Assembly (NCBI GenBank): GCA_028023455.1
Contig: JAQFVV010000003.1
Location: 22,072,001-22,136,000, forward strand
Origin: Epiperipatus broadwayi
Taxonomy: Eukaryota; Animalia; Onychophora
Reading direction: 5' to 3'
Length of the DNA: 64,000 nucleotides
The notes below the pieces were generated by a model, which was not told the origin of the DNA, ran no database searches, and saw only the letters and a program-made list of their open reading frames with translations. Below, piece after piece: positions 1 to 14,329 of this stretch. How positions within the stretch are numbered: position 1 is the first letter of the stretch; the number at the start of each line of letters is the position of its first letter. A program made the translations under genes and the position numbers.

Positions 1-1039
1 ATCAAAATATATTTTAAAAACAATTTTCTGTTGTAAACCTTATGCCAGATGATTTAGAAATAAATTAATTTTCATCTCCCAAACTCTTTTTGTTAGAAAA
101 AAATAAAGCTGATTAAAAGGCAAACAAAAACATGATGTCCATATCAATTAGGTTTGTAAATTTACAATACTTCTTTTTATTTTAAAATATATGTACAAAC
201 TATTTTATTTTTCGGTATTTACTAATTTTTTAATGTATATATTCAGAATTAATTTTTAAAGTGTTGCTTAAATATTGTAATAATAAATTCCAATAATTAT
301 GAAAATTTATAAGATCCTTTTTTTTAGAAATTGCCAAATTGTAAATAACCAGATTAAAAATATTGTACTTGTAGTTAACAATACAATCAGAATCAGACAA
401 AAGTAATATTGTATAGTGATTAATATAATACCTACTGTTTCTATGATGTAAGAGAAGCTTAGAGATTTTTTCAGGTATTATGTTGCTAAGTCAACTGATC
501 ATCCAAAACTGATTAACTTATTTAAATATGTAGATAATCTTAAATGGAAATTCTTAAATATATGCCACTGAACTGTTCATTAAAAAAATGCAGTATTTTT
601 ATCAAGATGAAAAAAGTATATATGGTACACTTTTATTATAATGAAGACCTTAAGGATGGTTTTAATTTATTTAATCTGGAGAATGTAATGAAATGACAAT
701 TTAATTAATAAATATCTGAACCCTAATACATTCTGATTGATTAATTAGAAAATAATTTAATTAAGGGTTCAAAAATGACATATATGTCAGTAATTGCTTT
801 TTTTTTTCATTTTAAAATTTGCTTTAATAAGACTCAGTTGAACTTTTTCAGATAATGATTACCATCATGACAGATGTTAATTCTCTAATTACTTCTGTCA
901 GAGTAACACAAAATAAATTCTCAAAATGTTCACATATACATATTAAGCAACACCTTTAAAAAAGTTGATTATAATTTTAAATGACATGAATGAATACACA
1001 TTTAGCCAGGTAAGTTGTAGATACAAATTATAACATGCA

Positions 1040-2660
1040 ATATGATTAATTATTTATAATTTTACGATAACATAGCACATCAATTGGAAGTTTCTTGTAA
1101 ATAAATATGTCCATCCTAATCCTGAAGAAAGAGAGACAATGAAAAAAAAATTAAGTTTGATAATGATTATAAAAGCTAATTCATTTTTTACCTGATGTTT
1201 AGATACTTAAATAACCACATATAAATAAATTTCTGTAAACAAGTAACTAGTTTCAAACATTTGTACAATACTTCTCAATTAACAATGTCAAATGCCTTGA
1301 TTAAATCAACAAAGGCAATATCTAAATTACATTATTGCTCACAATAATATACTTGAAATTGCCTGACAACAAAAACTACATCAATAGTGCTTCTTAATTT
1401 GCTAAAAGCATACTAAATCTCTGGTAATGACTCACATATAATAGGAATCAGTCAATTCAACAAACACTTGAAAATATTTTTATTACAATAGATAATAATG
1501 ATTCTCCAAAATAATTACTGCAGTCTTATTTCTATAAATTAAAACAATAGAAGTAGCTTTAAAATCATATAGCATATCTTCATGATTTCTCATATACTCA
1601 GCACATATATTTCTAAAAAGGTCAATAGTTTTGAAAATATATTACCATATTTAAAACTTATTTACAAATTCTATCAAGACTTATAATCCTTCTCTTTTTA
1701 AGATTGCAAAAAGTCATTTTAATCTCATCAGACTGGATATAGATATATTATTAAATTACTAGGATAATCCATTACAGAAATGTAATAAATTAAAGACAAT
1801 ACTAATAACATACTCTTCAAGCAAATATTGAAAATATTAATTTAAATCTTAGTGTATTTTCAATGCAAAACATCTTTGACAAGGCACCAAAAATATATTA
1901 AACTTGTATTTAATATATTCAATGTTTTACGATATTAACAATACTTTTAATTTTGATATATCATTAAAAATAATCTCCTGAATTCTTAAAGTATTATTCT
2001 AAAAAATATTAAAATATTGCTTCCATAAGTTCAAAATATTAACATCCCTGATCATAATATGCAAATAATTGCATTTCATTGATGTTTTAATCCACCAAAC
2101 ATTATTAAGTCTTCTTGTCAATTTTTTGATCTTCTGCCTTTAAATCTCTATACTGCTTATTAATCTTAAATACATTTAGTAGAGAATGACAAATCTTTAG
2201 ATTAAATTAAACCCCTAATCTACCATTGTCAAAAAATCTGTACAAGCTTTATCTTTTAGCAAATCCAAAAATAAACTTAATCATATCCATAACATATTTC
2301 TCTAAATTTGAATAATATTGTTTAACAGCTGTTAAAACTTAGCACAAAGAGCAATTGGTTCTAAAGAAGAAACAACAAATTTTCTAGCAAAAGTTCTGGA
2401 ATATAATTTTTTTTTTTAATGCAATTATCATTCTAACTTTGGAGCATTTGAATTGTCCTAAATTAGTCTGCATCTTTAGAATGCTAATTTAATACTAATT
2501 CCTCTTACATTAGGACTTGTAAATATAATGTAATCCATTGTTTTGTAATAAAATGATCCCCAATTTCTTTATTATAATTTTTATGTCTAACCAAAGTGCT
2601 TGTAATAGTCAATTCAGGTGCTGGGTAAAAATTCATTAACAAGTTTTAATATATTCTCTT
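1040..2660 (-). mobile_element. Decayed non-LTR retrotransposon (LINE) ORF2 fragment
   Basis: Minus-strand translation near 1270-1320 gives IAFVDLIKAFDIVN, matching the RT motif F-x-D-x-x-K-A-F-D. The rest is full of stops and frameshifts, so the clade is not resolved. Confidence 0.6.
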
Positions 2661-3589
2661 TTGTGACTTCTTTCATTACAAAATAATTGAATTATATAGT
2701 TTATCAAAACATAAATTGATGTGTACTAAAAAAAGAGATTATTTTTCAAGCGCTCAGTTCTGGTTATAGATCAAGAGATTCATATATATTGTACCCTTTT
2801 GTTTAGGTTAGAATGGATTATTTCTAATAATTTACTGAAAAATTTTAAATTTTGAAGTTGGGTAAGGGATGAAGTATGTTGTGTGTTAATAATCTTTGAA
2901 TAATTTAGTTAAGGCAAGTAAAATAATTGATGTATCATATTAGGTTGGTATTTGTAAGAAAACAGTTAACTAAAAATCATTATAAGATTGTATGGTTGGG
3001 AGAATTGGCCATAATAAATACTGATTTAATAAGTCTTATAAATAATAATTAGGGTAAATTTTAAAAGTAATGCTTTAATGTTAAACGAATAGATTTAGTA
3101 ATAATAATTGTATTTAATGGCTATATTTTTAAAATCATTTGATTAAAAAATAATAATGTGGGAGAAAAGTGTATTTTTTGGTTTTATAATATTAAAATAA
3201 TTATTTTAAAATTGTGCTATAATAGTGATTATGTAACATTTTATAAATTAAATTATTATTTTAGTCTTTAAATTATTAGCGCCTTATTTAGTTTTGTAAA
3301 TCACGTGACGCACACCTGTGTTTGAAAATAGAATAATATTATCTGTTATAAATGTTAAATTGGATTTTAAAAGTGAATATAATAAATAAAATCAGATTTA
3401 TGTTTTTTGTTGAAAATAAATACGTTAAGTTCAAAATAAAGGTAGAAATGGTAATAAATATTGAAATGTGATTTTTAAAAATTATTTTAGAGTCTTTAGT
3501 AAGTGAAAATAAAATGTGAAAATTAAGTAAGAATTGAATAATATAATAAAAATAAATATTTAGTAAATTATTATTAACTTTAACTTTAA

Positions 3590-3764
3590 ACCAATGTTCG
3601 TGGTCCCGGATAATTTGAGGCCAGGATTGTTTAATGGACCAATCAAAATTGGAATCAGCTGGAGTATTTAAGAGCTGTTTAAATTTTGGCAGACGATTAT
3701 TGAGCTGTTATCTCATTCTACCGACGTGCTATTATAACATCGTTAGTATTTCAACAATTTCGGT
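3590..3764 (+). promoter_or_regulatory. Candidate Pol II promoter and short first exon, antisense to the SOD-repeat gene
   Basis: CCAAT at 3591 and 3639, CAGCTG at 3656, TATTTAA at 3665 and a CG|GTAAAG donor at 3763. These sit in a ~3.3-5.2 kb stretch that retains many more CpGs than its flanks. Confidence 0.35.
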
Positions 3765-6700
3765 AAAGTATTTAGTAGTGTAATAATCCATTTTATTTAG
3801 CTTCAATTTTTATAAAAATACAGCAGTTTATTATTACAAGATCGTGATATGGAGAAAGAGGGCTAAAAAATTAAATAATTCCTTACTTAGCTGATTTGTT
3901 TTCGTTCAATTTGTCATCAACTTAAACATGAAGAAGTCATCACTAAATATAAAAAATTTAATGGAAGTATTCAAATATTATTATCGTATAAAGTATATAA
4001 TTTTGCCTATGTTGATAAGTCATATTGATTTACGACTAAATTTCATAAAAAGAACGTCACGGAGAAAAATATATATATAAAAAAAAAATTTTCATTAAAA
4101 GATATAAAGTGAAATGAGATAATATATTTTATGAAGAAAATTTATTTAAAATACAATGGAAAAATACTTTTAAAGGAAAAAAAAAACTTTTAAATATGAC
4201 CGAACAATTATTTTAGAACGTGGAGATATTTCTTTCTGAAGAAATATTGGAAATATTTTAAAATTGAATTTTTCCTAGAAAATATAAGATCATTTGCGAG
4301 TATGTGACTTATATCCTATTTTAAAAAATATTACAAGTTAGTCATTAAGGTATGCGGGTCATACAAAAGTTTATTTAAATTATTTGGGAAAATAATTTAA
4401 GTTATTTGAAAATATTGGGAGAAGTATTGGTTGTATCGGAAGATATTAAACCTCAGTAAATATGGAAAAGTTACAAGAATTTGGAAAATTATCTTGATGA
4501 AGAGTATTTAAAATTAGATATTTACCTAACAGTACCTGTTGAAATATTTAACGTTTTGGAGATAAGAAAAATATTAATTATATTAGTGTAAGTCTTATAG
4601 AATAAAAGTAAACGTACCGTATTTAACTTGAACTATCATTTTGGATTATATATTACAACGTTAAGAACTGGAGCATGCGTGATTATTGACGTCAAAAGTG
4701 TGTCATTAATGTTTTTTTTACCAGGAGAAAAGATTCTTCCTGTAATGAACTTATTATCAAGAAAAGAACATTTCATCGTAAGAAATTCTAATAAAATTAT
4801 TGTAAATATGGTTTTAAAATTAATTTTTTACTAACACAATTATAGTAATATTTATTCATAGTATAAATATAGCATAGAAACAGAAAACATTAAATTATTT
4901 ACTAACTTAGTAATTAAATTTTATTGTAAAAAAAAAAAATCTTTAACTTAGTATATTTTAAAGTGTGATAATGTGGAATAAACGATAATAAAATGTTTAT
5001 TTAGATCGTAATCCAGAAGACATCACTAAGTAATTGCCAACAGAAATTACTTATGGTAATAATGTAAATTATTAATAGTTTTAAAATGTGTTTGTTATTT
5101 TGTATGGATGGATGCGTATATAAAACACACACCTACACATAATTTATCATTTGTTTAGTTATTTAAGAATATGCATAATTTTAATGATATCGTAAAGATA
5201 TTTAAACATAAAAGAAATATAAGTATATGATTCTATTAAAACTGAATTGGATGTTTTGTTGAATAATTTAAAGTGTTAAAAATATGACACTGATTCTGAT
5301 TGTTTGTGCTAAAGTTTGAGAACTATTAAAGAATGAAATAATCTTGTCTTATTAGTTAGTTAGACTGTTATTCTAAAAATGAATTTATTTGTTATTATAG
5401 AAATGAGAAGATGAATTTAGCGATGTAAATTGGTGAATTTTAAATGCTAATATCTTAGTATTAGGTTATATAAGACCAGGATAATATTGTATGTAGGGTT
5501 TATTTATATGGGAAGAAGAATATACTATATTGATGTTTATACAAGTATAGCTAACATAGCCCTATATCTTGTTTATATTCATGGCAGTGTTTATTTTTCT
5601 ATGTGTTAAAGCTTAATGTGCCATAGTGCTGAATGAATAGCCTGGACATTATACTTGGTAGAAGAGGTTATTAAACAAATAAGTTATACCTCAGTTCATG
5701 TACACTGTGCCCATGATGGTTAGTTGATAAAGGTGTTAAGTTGAAGTTATAGTTTACCCCATATGCCTACTAGTTTATGTGTTATTGAAATTTATTGGAT
5801 TACATTGTAAAAGATGGTTGTTTTAAAATTGGAAATAATAAATAAGTTTGGAAATAGAGAATTGTTAAATTGGATAAGATAAGTTATGTTGCTTAGATTA
5901 TAATAAGTGTAAAAAATTATAAGAACATAATTTCATCAGTGAAAGAATCATAAAACTTTTATAGTTAAAAATAATATTTATTTATTTTTTATAAAATAAA
6001 TAGTTGATAATTTAAAAGAATTTATAATGATATTACTTAATTATTAAGAATTTTTTTTTAAAAAGACATACTTATAATGCATATTTTTATTTATGATTAA
6101 AGGTAATAGACTGAATCGTGTTGAATGAATGAAAGTAGTCATAAGTTTTACAAAAATAATTTTATAACAACACACTAATACATACATGATATTTAAAGTT
6201 TAAAGTAATAATTAGTAGGTAGCTTAGTTTGATAGTATGCTATGAATTAAGATTGTTCACATGAATATTATTGAAGAATGGACTATACAGAATAATAAAT
6301 TATTTTTTAAAAACTAAATAACAAGGATAAGTTCATAGTAAGAGTATCACCTATATTTTTTTTTTAAAACCTATAAATTAATAATATCGAATAACTGTAA
6401 TAAAAAAGTTATATAATGATATTTTTAAAAAAATAAGAAATATTTTATTTAAGAAATGTTCTGTATCTTATATTTTAAGTCATTTGTTTTGTCTTGAAAA
6501 GTACCTGAATATAAATAGAATTCTATCAAAATGTAAATAATGTAAATAATTTTATTGTTAAGTTTGTTAATAAAATTGTTAAATTGTTTTATAAGTCTTG
6601 GTGTTGACTCAGTTTCTTCACATCACAATTACATAATCACAGATAATTATAATGAAGACATAATATTTGCACATCATAAATAAAATTTTTATTTAAGAGT

Positions 6701-7629
6701 TATACTATTTTATTGATATATTTTATTTAAGAAGTTTTACTTATGGTATTATTATGATGGTCATGGAATAATTACCAAAGATTTACATTAAATTATCTTA
6801 GTAATGATTGCCACATATTCTCAGATTATAATATCATACTAAATATATTTATTTAAGATGCCATATGGATAATAGAAAATTATATTACAATTTTATTATA
6901 AGATATACAAGAATAACATTATAAATAGAAAGATAGGAGAGTGAATTATAGATTAAAGATTAGTATTACTATTTGTTATTATTAATATTATTAAATTGTA
7001 GTTAGGAATGATATTAAATCCCTTATCATACTTGATTACAAAAGTTATAATTAATTTATCATTATTTTAAGAGAACCTGAGATAATTTGAGTTAAATTAG
7101 TTTTGAGAAAGATATTTAAATTAATTTGTTAAAGGTAATTTACTTAATTAGTTTTGATTAAAGACGTAAGAGTACTATAAATGTAGTATTTAAGTAATAG
7201 GAATAAGGATAGTATTCTTATGCCATTAAGGTGATATCCAGTGGGAGATTATCTTAATGTATTCGCTCTGCCACTTGTAAACTCACTTCATAGTCTCATG
7301 ATTTGATTAGATATTCATTTATTTCATTTTATAAACCAGAACTATATTATTATTTATTAATTAAGTTAATTTAATCATTGATATTCTTAAAAATACAGTT
7401 ATTGTTAATTTAGATATATTTTAAATAAACATAGTTATTTATCTGAGCTAGATCAAGTGATTATAATTATATATTTCCTGGAAGTGAGGGTACAATATAT
7501 AATATTTAAATACAAGTATATAGTCTATACTGAACTTAATGTAATTAAAAGGGATTTGAACTCAGACTTTCAAGCTCCCTACATCTAATCCTTTTCTCTG
7601 TATTTAAATGAATATATTAAACTCCTGGC

Positions 7630-8735
7630 TGCAGAAAGGAATTTGCTATTAACTGAAAGGAGACCCTTTGAATCCTCTTGGAGGCCTTAAAGGAACCGAG
7701 CAGGGCAAATTCCTAATGTCCATTCCATACGTTTGCTGTTATTACTATGTGATTATTCGTGTAGTATACTAACATGGATGGGCTTCTCATCAACATGCAT
7801 TAGCCAGCGTGATGCATTTATTGGCTTTTATCTATGAGTTTAAAATCAAAAAACACCATGGTCTTTCTTCTCAGTTGCCTGATAAAGCAGAATGAATGTT
7901 TGTGTAAATGATAAATATTTTTCCAATAGATATATACAATTATGACAGACAAAAATAAATCATGACCTTTATTCCCAGAAGGCTGTAAAGTCATCAACCA
8001 AGGCAGCAGTTAGTGGCCAAAAGCGGGGGGTGTTAAGAATCCTCTGATTGCGGACCAAGGTTGCCATTTGATGATGACTTTTTATTTAGGGACTTACAAC
8101 TGCAGATCACTTTCAAGTAAAGGAAGATTGCAAGAATTAGAAGAAGAACTGTCTTATATTAAATGGTACATTATTGGACTTTGTGAAGTTAGAAGAAAAG
8201 GTAAAGAGACAATTGATTTAAAAAGTGGACATGTGCTTTAGTATAAAGGCACAAATATTGGAAATACAAGTGGAGTAGGATTCATTGTAAATAAAAAGTG
8301 GAAAAATAACATTGTGGAGATTGGTGGTGACTGGACAGAGTGGCAAGATTAGAAGTAGTAGATTTTTATATGGATGTATAAAAGGTTTTTCATCAGAGTA
8401 AACAACATTTTAAAATTGTTTATAGAAGACTTTAATACTAGAATTAGTAAACAAATAAAAGATGAAAATGCTGTAGATAATTTTGGTTATGGTAATAAAA
8501 ATGAGAGAGGACATAGAGTTGTGGAGTTTGCAGAAAAAGAAAAACTTTATATTATGAATTTTTTTTTTGAGAAAAATGTTAAAAGAAAATGGACATAGAA
8601 GCATCCAAATAAAGGTACACCAGAATTGGATTATATTTTGACTAACAGAAAATATATATTTTAAGAGTGTAATGTTTTTAATAAATTTAATACAGGAAGT
8701 GATCATTGACTAGTAGGATGTAAGATATGTGTTAA
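7630..8735 (+). mobile_element. RTE-clade LINE, 5' part (5' UTR plus decayed AP endonuclease)
   Basis: Translation gives GTYNCRSL...IIGLCEVRR...GVGFIVNK...GSDH (APE motifs) with stops. The 5' UTR matches 27060-27490 in inverted orientation. Confidence 0.85.
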
Positions 8736-9021
8736 TGCAAAACTTTTCTTGTTTATTGCCTTTTTTTATTTACAGTTTTTGGGAGATAATGTATAATTGA
8801 AGTAGTGTGCATTGATACAATATAATTGATGACTTCACAGTTCTTTGTCAACACATTTCACACTTTAGAACATGTTTTCCTATTTCTGATCATTTATTTT
8901 ATAAATTATTACTATTTGAACAAAAATGTAACTCTCTTAACTTGGGAGTTAATGGAAACTCAAATTGCTTAGTAACAAAGGAATTTTTATTAATGAGGGA
9001 ATATTATATGTATATACTTAC

Positions 9022-9148
9022 TCTTTAAATTTTTTGCCTATCTGTATTCTATAAATCCCAAATACTTGGGTCTCTGGTTCCAAATTGGCACAAGCAAGTG
9101 TTGTTGATGATTTATTTTCATCATAAATTATGACAGCCTTTCCAAGAA
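9022..9148 (-). CDS. Rsod: SOD-repeat protein, last exon found (end of domain 6 and start of C-terminal region)
   Basis: ttttag| acceptor and |gtaagt donor; 127 nt, phase 1 to phase 2. Reads (I)LGKAVIIYDENKSSTTLACANLEPETQVFGIYRIQIGKKFK and completes the S-I-x-G-R/K-x-x-V-I...LACA motif. Absent from the ORF track. Confidence 0.9.
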
Positions 9149-9218
9149 CTAAAATATATATATATAAAAATATTATTCAAGTAGCAAAAAATGACTATAA
9201 TTTTATGTATATTTACGG

Positions 9219-9231
<13 letters not shown>

Positions 9232-9253
<22 letters not shown>

Positions 9254-9272
9254 ATATGTGGTGTGTGTGTGT
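9232..9272. repeat. (TG)n microsatellite
   Basis: Direct reading of an imperfect TG run. Confidence 0.9.
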
Positions 9273-11242
9273 GCATTTTAAAATGTTCACTGAAAAACAA
9301 TTTGTAAACTCCAAAAAAATATTTATGAATGGATATAATGACAAAATCATCAAATATAAGATTCCATTAGAAAAAAGTTGCAAAGCAAAGCCAAATGTAT
9401 TGATATAGCATTTAACAAATTAAAAGATAGTAATTTTGCTATAATAATGCAACTACTTCAGCTAAATTAGTTGCATGTAGGGTTGTTACTCTTCCAAATT
9501 TATTATGTAAAAGTGAGATGTGGACCCCTTACCATCATGAATTTAAAGACAATTGAAACTTTCATTTAAGGATTCTCTGTAAGATTCTAAAATATAATAG
9601 CAAGATCATAAGATGAATTGATACATTTTCAGTCTGATGGATGTAATTTTTAATCTAACATTGTAAGTCAGACCTTCTTTTTGATGAGAATTTGAAATAA
9701 ATGACTGGCTATAAAAATATTTTTTGATAAGCTTGAACAGTCTACATGAAAAAGGTAGACTTTAAGATGTCAAGATTATATCTAAGATACTCTTATAGTG
9801 TGATAACTTTTATTAGAAGGACATAGTTGAAAGTAAAATACAAAGAGAAGAGCTGCAATTACTTTAGGTAATAAAATCTTTCAGAAATAAAAGTTTGTTG
9901 CAGAAAAAGTTATAAGACAACATTGAAAGTTTCAAATAAATAAATTAAAGTTTTTATTATTTATAATATATCTGGGTTCATTTGTGCATCACTGAATGGT
10001 TTATACAGTCATTACAAAATTCATCTTTAACTTTATTTTTGTCTATGCTAACTGGGGTTTTTTATTGTTGTACCTCAAATTGCCATTCTCTTTTACAAGA
10101 AGCTTTATGAAAAGTCACATGATACAGTAGTGATTTTGTCATTGAACATTTTTGAAGCACAGTTACAATTTTTACTTCTTTTCACAATAGAAGCAATTCA
10201 ATTATAGCAATTCTAATCTTTTTGAATATTAATATAAATAATAAAAACTTTTATGCTTTATGCAATGCAATACTTTATATATCCCAATTGAAAAATTGTG
10301 AGTTTCAACTGTTCAACAATATTCATCAGAGTTTCTTCTAATATTTAAAAAAACTAATACAGAAAAAAAAATTAAGTATTCTTTATGAGTGCAATATATA
10401 AAATATTGTATTGTATAAAGGGCATAAAAGAAGTGTTTTTATTATTTAGATTACTAATAATGTAAACAATGCAGAAAAATTAATGAAAGAAGAACATTTA
10501 ATCTTTTCAGATCTTGAAAAAAGATTGATAAGTAAAAAATGGCAGATAAATCAAGTATCATTTGGGTATCTTTTACAATCTTGGATCCATTTTTCATTTT
10601 TATAATGAAAATTATTTTTCTTTCAAAAGTAACCAACAAACATTTGAAGACTTTTTTGTTTTGCTAAAATTGAGTATATATCTCAATCTTTTTCTCTAAA
10701 TTGTTTTTACTAAGGATAATTCCCCCCTTCTCCCATACCCTCCCATTCTTTGAAAGTTGATAATGACCATAACAAAAATTGTGCCCCATTAGTCTTACTT
10801 ACAAGCATAATCAATGAAATCAAAATAAAAACCTTTGCTCAACAAGTTTCTTTATCTGCTTAGAAGAGCATTAAATAAACTAATCACAATATCAACTGAA
10901 TGGAAGTATATATGACATAAAAGTATTCTTACAGAAACATCAATAATTCTAAGATTTATTTTCTTTAACATGGCTGATAATCAATTCAGATATCTTCAGT
11001 TTTTAAGTCCAATTTTAAGTCCATAATAAGTAGTGACCAAACTTGTCTTTCTTAATAATATAAATACTAAATTGAAATAAACAATTATTATTTTTTTTAT
11101 TTTTTCACGCATTTCTCACTAAACTATTTTTAGATCTAATCAAGCAATAAATTTATTAGAATCTGGAAAATGAATTCATCCATTTGTAAATGAAATGCAT
11201 TCAATAACAGTAAAAACTTAACATTAAAGCAATAATACTAAC

Positions 11243-11390
11243 TTGAAAAATTTCCTGTTAGAGGTGAATTGACATCAGTAAAAATTTTTCTTTGACTTTT
11301 ACCAATAGAAAGTAATTCTGTTCTACCAGATATATCACCAAATTGACATCGCAGAGGTTCAACTACCGAGCATTCAGTAATGTAGTCAGA
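11243..11390 (-). CDS. Rsod: SOD-repeat protein exon (domain 6)
   Basis: ttgcag| acceptor and |gttagt donor; 148 nt, phase 0 to phase 1. Reads SDYITECSVVEPLRCQFGDISGRTELLSIGKSQRKIFTDVNSPLTGNFS (GD-x-S-G and LPL-x-G-type motifs). Confidence 0.92.
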
Positions 11391-13429
11391 CTGCAAATAT
11401 ATAGATATATAATCAGAAATTATCTTTATTATAAAATAAATTGATATATAAAAATAATTATTAATAAATAGCAATAATTAATTTACAGAATTCTGTGAAT
11501 AAGCAATATTGCTCTTCCTCCCCCCCTCCCCTTATTCTATGAAATAGAATTTTAAATTAAAAATAATATAATGTAAAATAGCTTTAACCATCTGAAATTA
11601 TTAAAGTTTGCAACAGAAAACTATTATGGAGGATGGTCAAATGTTCATTGATCGCCTGAATACTATTTGCTCTAAACAGAAAATGTAAAATGTATAAACA
11701 ATATGAATGCAATTAATTAAGCCTAAAAGAGTATTAGAATTAATAAATAACATAAATATTATTAATTAAAAAAGAATATATCTATAATTACAAATAAAGA
11801 TTAAGAAATATGTATTTATGTTCAAAAACAGGGGAAAAATAACTAAGCAGCATAGTATCAGATTAAATAATATTACTTGATCATTATTAATGAGTAAATC
11901 CTTTAAAATAATTTATTCTAGAACCTCAATGTTTAGAGATAACAATTTTATTATGATAAGATATATATATATATATATTGTGTAGATTATAATTTTTAAA
12001 ATGAATGTAGGATAGTCAAAAATGGCAGTTATTTTTGGAAGTTTGTAATAATAAAATATGGTATTTATAATGTATACTACATAGATGAGTGATATAAATT
12101 TTAATGAATCCATTACATTAATAAAATGGATTATATGTATTAATAAATGCATATGCAATATATATTTGTATTTCAGAGAATAGGAATAACATTAAAAAAA
12201 ATGTGATTAGAATGGAGCAAGGCTGACATGTTGCTAAGAGATATGTTAAAAGATGAACATTTGAAGACTTAAGTGGGACCCCAAATGATTCTAAAAGTTT
12301 TAAAATGAGATGAATCAGATAAGGAAGTTTAATGGAATAGTATGAGAAATTAGAAGTATGGATTTGATAATAGTTGAAAATAATGATAATATATTGTAAT
12401 GAAGGTTAAAAGATGAAATGAAATAAGTTTGGTAAAAATTGTGTAGAAACCATCAACAATAAAAAGAATTTCTTATAGTTAAAACAAATTGATCAGGTTA
12501 TGGCTAGTTTTTAAAAGACTCGTACAAAGATATAGAGAAATTTTCTACAAGGTGATTAGTTTGATGAAGTTGCATCATCTTATTGTAATAATTTCTAAAA
12601 TCACAGCTAAAGAGTGAGTGCTTTATAGTTTTTTCATTTATTATTATTTTTAACTCAAATTGAAACCTATAATAAAAGAAACTTGTAAAACAGTTTTGTA
12701 ATCCGTCTCTGACTGCTAATTAACTAAATAAAATTCCTAGTCACTGAAGAAGATGCAGAATAAGAAATATCAATAAGATAGTTTAAATGACACATCAAAA
12801 TCAAAATAAGAAATTACTAAGTTCATGATAGTTTATATCAAACAGAAAGAAAAAAAATCAACTGCTATTGAAAATAGAAAAACATTATACAAATAGATAA
12901 CTACAACCCTTCTGATTTTCTCAGTTTACAATATTTCCTCAGCTCTACAAACCATATTATAAATGTTGAATAAAATAAAAACACTATAAGGCAGGAAACT
13001 ATTATATATTTGAAAGATTCAAGTCATTTTCTCAAGGAACAAATTAAGCAAAAAAGACTGTCATTGTAGGAGTAACTCTCTTCAATTTAATGCAATAGTA
13101 GAATGGTAGATTTAAGAGATAAAGGTTTCTAGATCTGTTCCTATCTGAGAAAAGAATTAAAAGAATTATAAATTAAATAAAAATGTTGTGCTAAACCTGA
13201 CAATTGGATGCTTTAATATCATATAATCTCTTGAATAACTGACCATACAACTATTTTTTTTATTGGATGGGTATAGTAAAAATCAATGTCTTCTAAATGT
13301 TTATGGAAGGTTTGTTTTATCATTATTTAATATCTATTTATTTTATCCAATGCATACATTATGCTATTGGGAACATATATTATCTCAATTAATGCAGGGC
13401 TGTTGATGCCCAAAAGACTCCACTGACTT

Positions 13430-14260
13430 CCAGCTGTATGTAACAGCTTGCCTCATGAGTTTATTCAATGACTCTTCTGGCTGTACCAGATAGCTTGCAT
13501 CAAGTCGGCTCTGGTCTTAGCAGCTTCTAGTCTTATCATCGCCCATGTAAACCTATAGCGTAATGGCTATAATGGAAATTCTCACTGTTAGCAGTACTTT
13601 CAATGGAAAATGTGTATCATCGCTTAAGTTAGACAGACATTCTTTCTTTACCTCTAAAAAAGCTGACCATTTATTGCCAGACTCAGAAAGCATCATTGCC
13701 TATTGGCCCATACTAACCATTAGCTGAGTTTTATCTATATGTTTACCCATTGGTTAGCGGCAATGAATGATCAATCGATCAGATAAGGAATCTGAACTAA
13801 TCCACTTCTGAAGACAAGATGAGATATGACAATATTATAAAATACAAAATTCTGTAACCTGATTATTTTTAAAAAATACAATATAATAGTACGCAACTTA
13901 ACAACTCCAATTTTTCCATTGTTGAATAAAAGCTTTTTTATCTATCAAGAATTTTTAGCTTTATTCTTCCAATTATCCATTTCCATTCTTTCAACTCATT
14001 ATTCCATAATTCTGTTGTATTTGTCTTTTTTTGCAGAAACATTCTCAAATATGAGATTTAAAATCATGTGGTCTACAAACCACATATTCAGACCACATCT
14101 GCTGAGATCTTTGATTATTTTATTTTGACTTGTACAAATTCCAAATTTCCTCTTTATAAGGTCTATCAAAGACCTGTTTAGGAAACTTAAAATAATCAAT
14201 TTTTCAAAAACAGTGTATGAAAATTGGATTATTCTATGCTTCTATAGTTACAGTATGCTG
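13430..14260 (-). mobile_element. Heavily decayed non-LTR RT fragment (RTE/RTE-X-like)
   Basis: NYRSI motif near 14230, followed by RT-like remnants with many stops. Confidence 0.45.
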
Positions 14261-14329
14261 TTATCAGACAATGTGAGAATAAAGCATACAAGAAAGAAAA
14301 TAAACTAAAAAATGGATATGTGTTGTTCA

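Noticed and set aside
2760-2836. Candidate next SOD exon (DKLLEIIHSNLNKR...)
   Set aside because: Good acceptor and correct phase, but only a weak donor, an early stop and no recognisable homology.
3886-3934. Minus-strand mini-exon with good splice sites
   Set aside because: It has stops in every frame, and the phase-matched reading (DDDFFMFKLMTN*) does not resemble an anchor tail.
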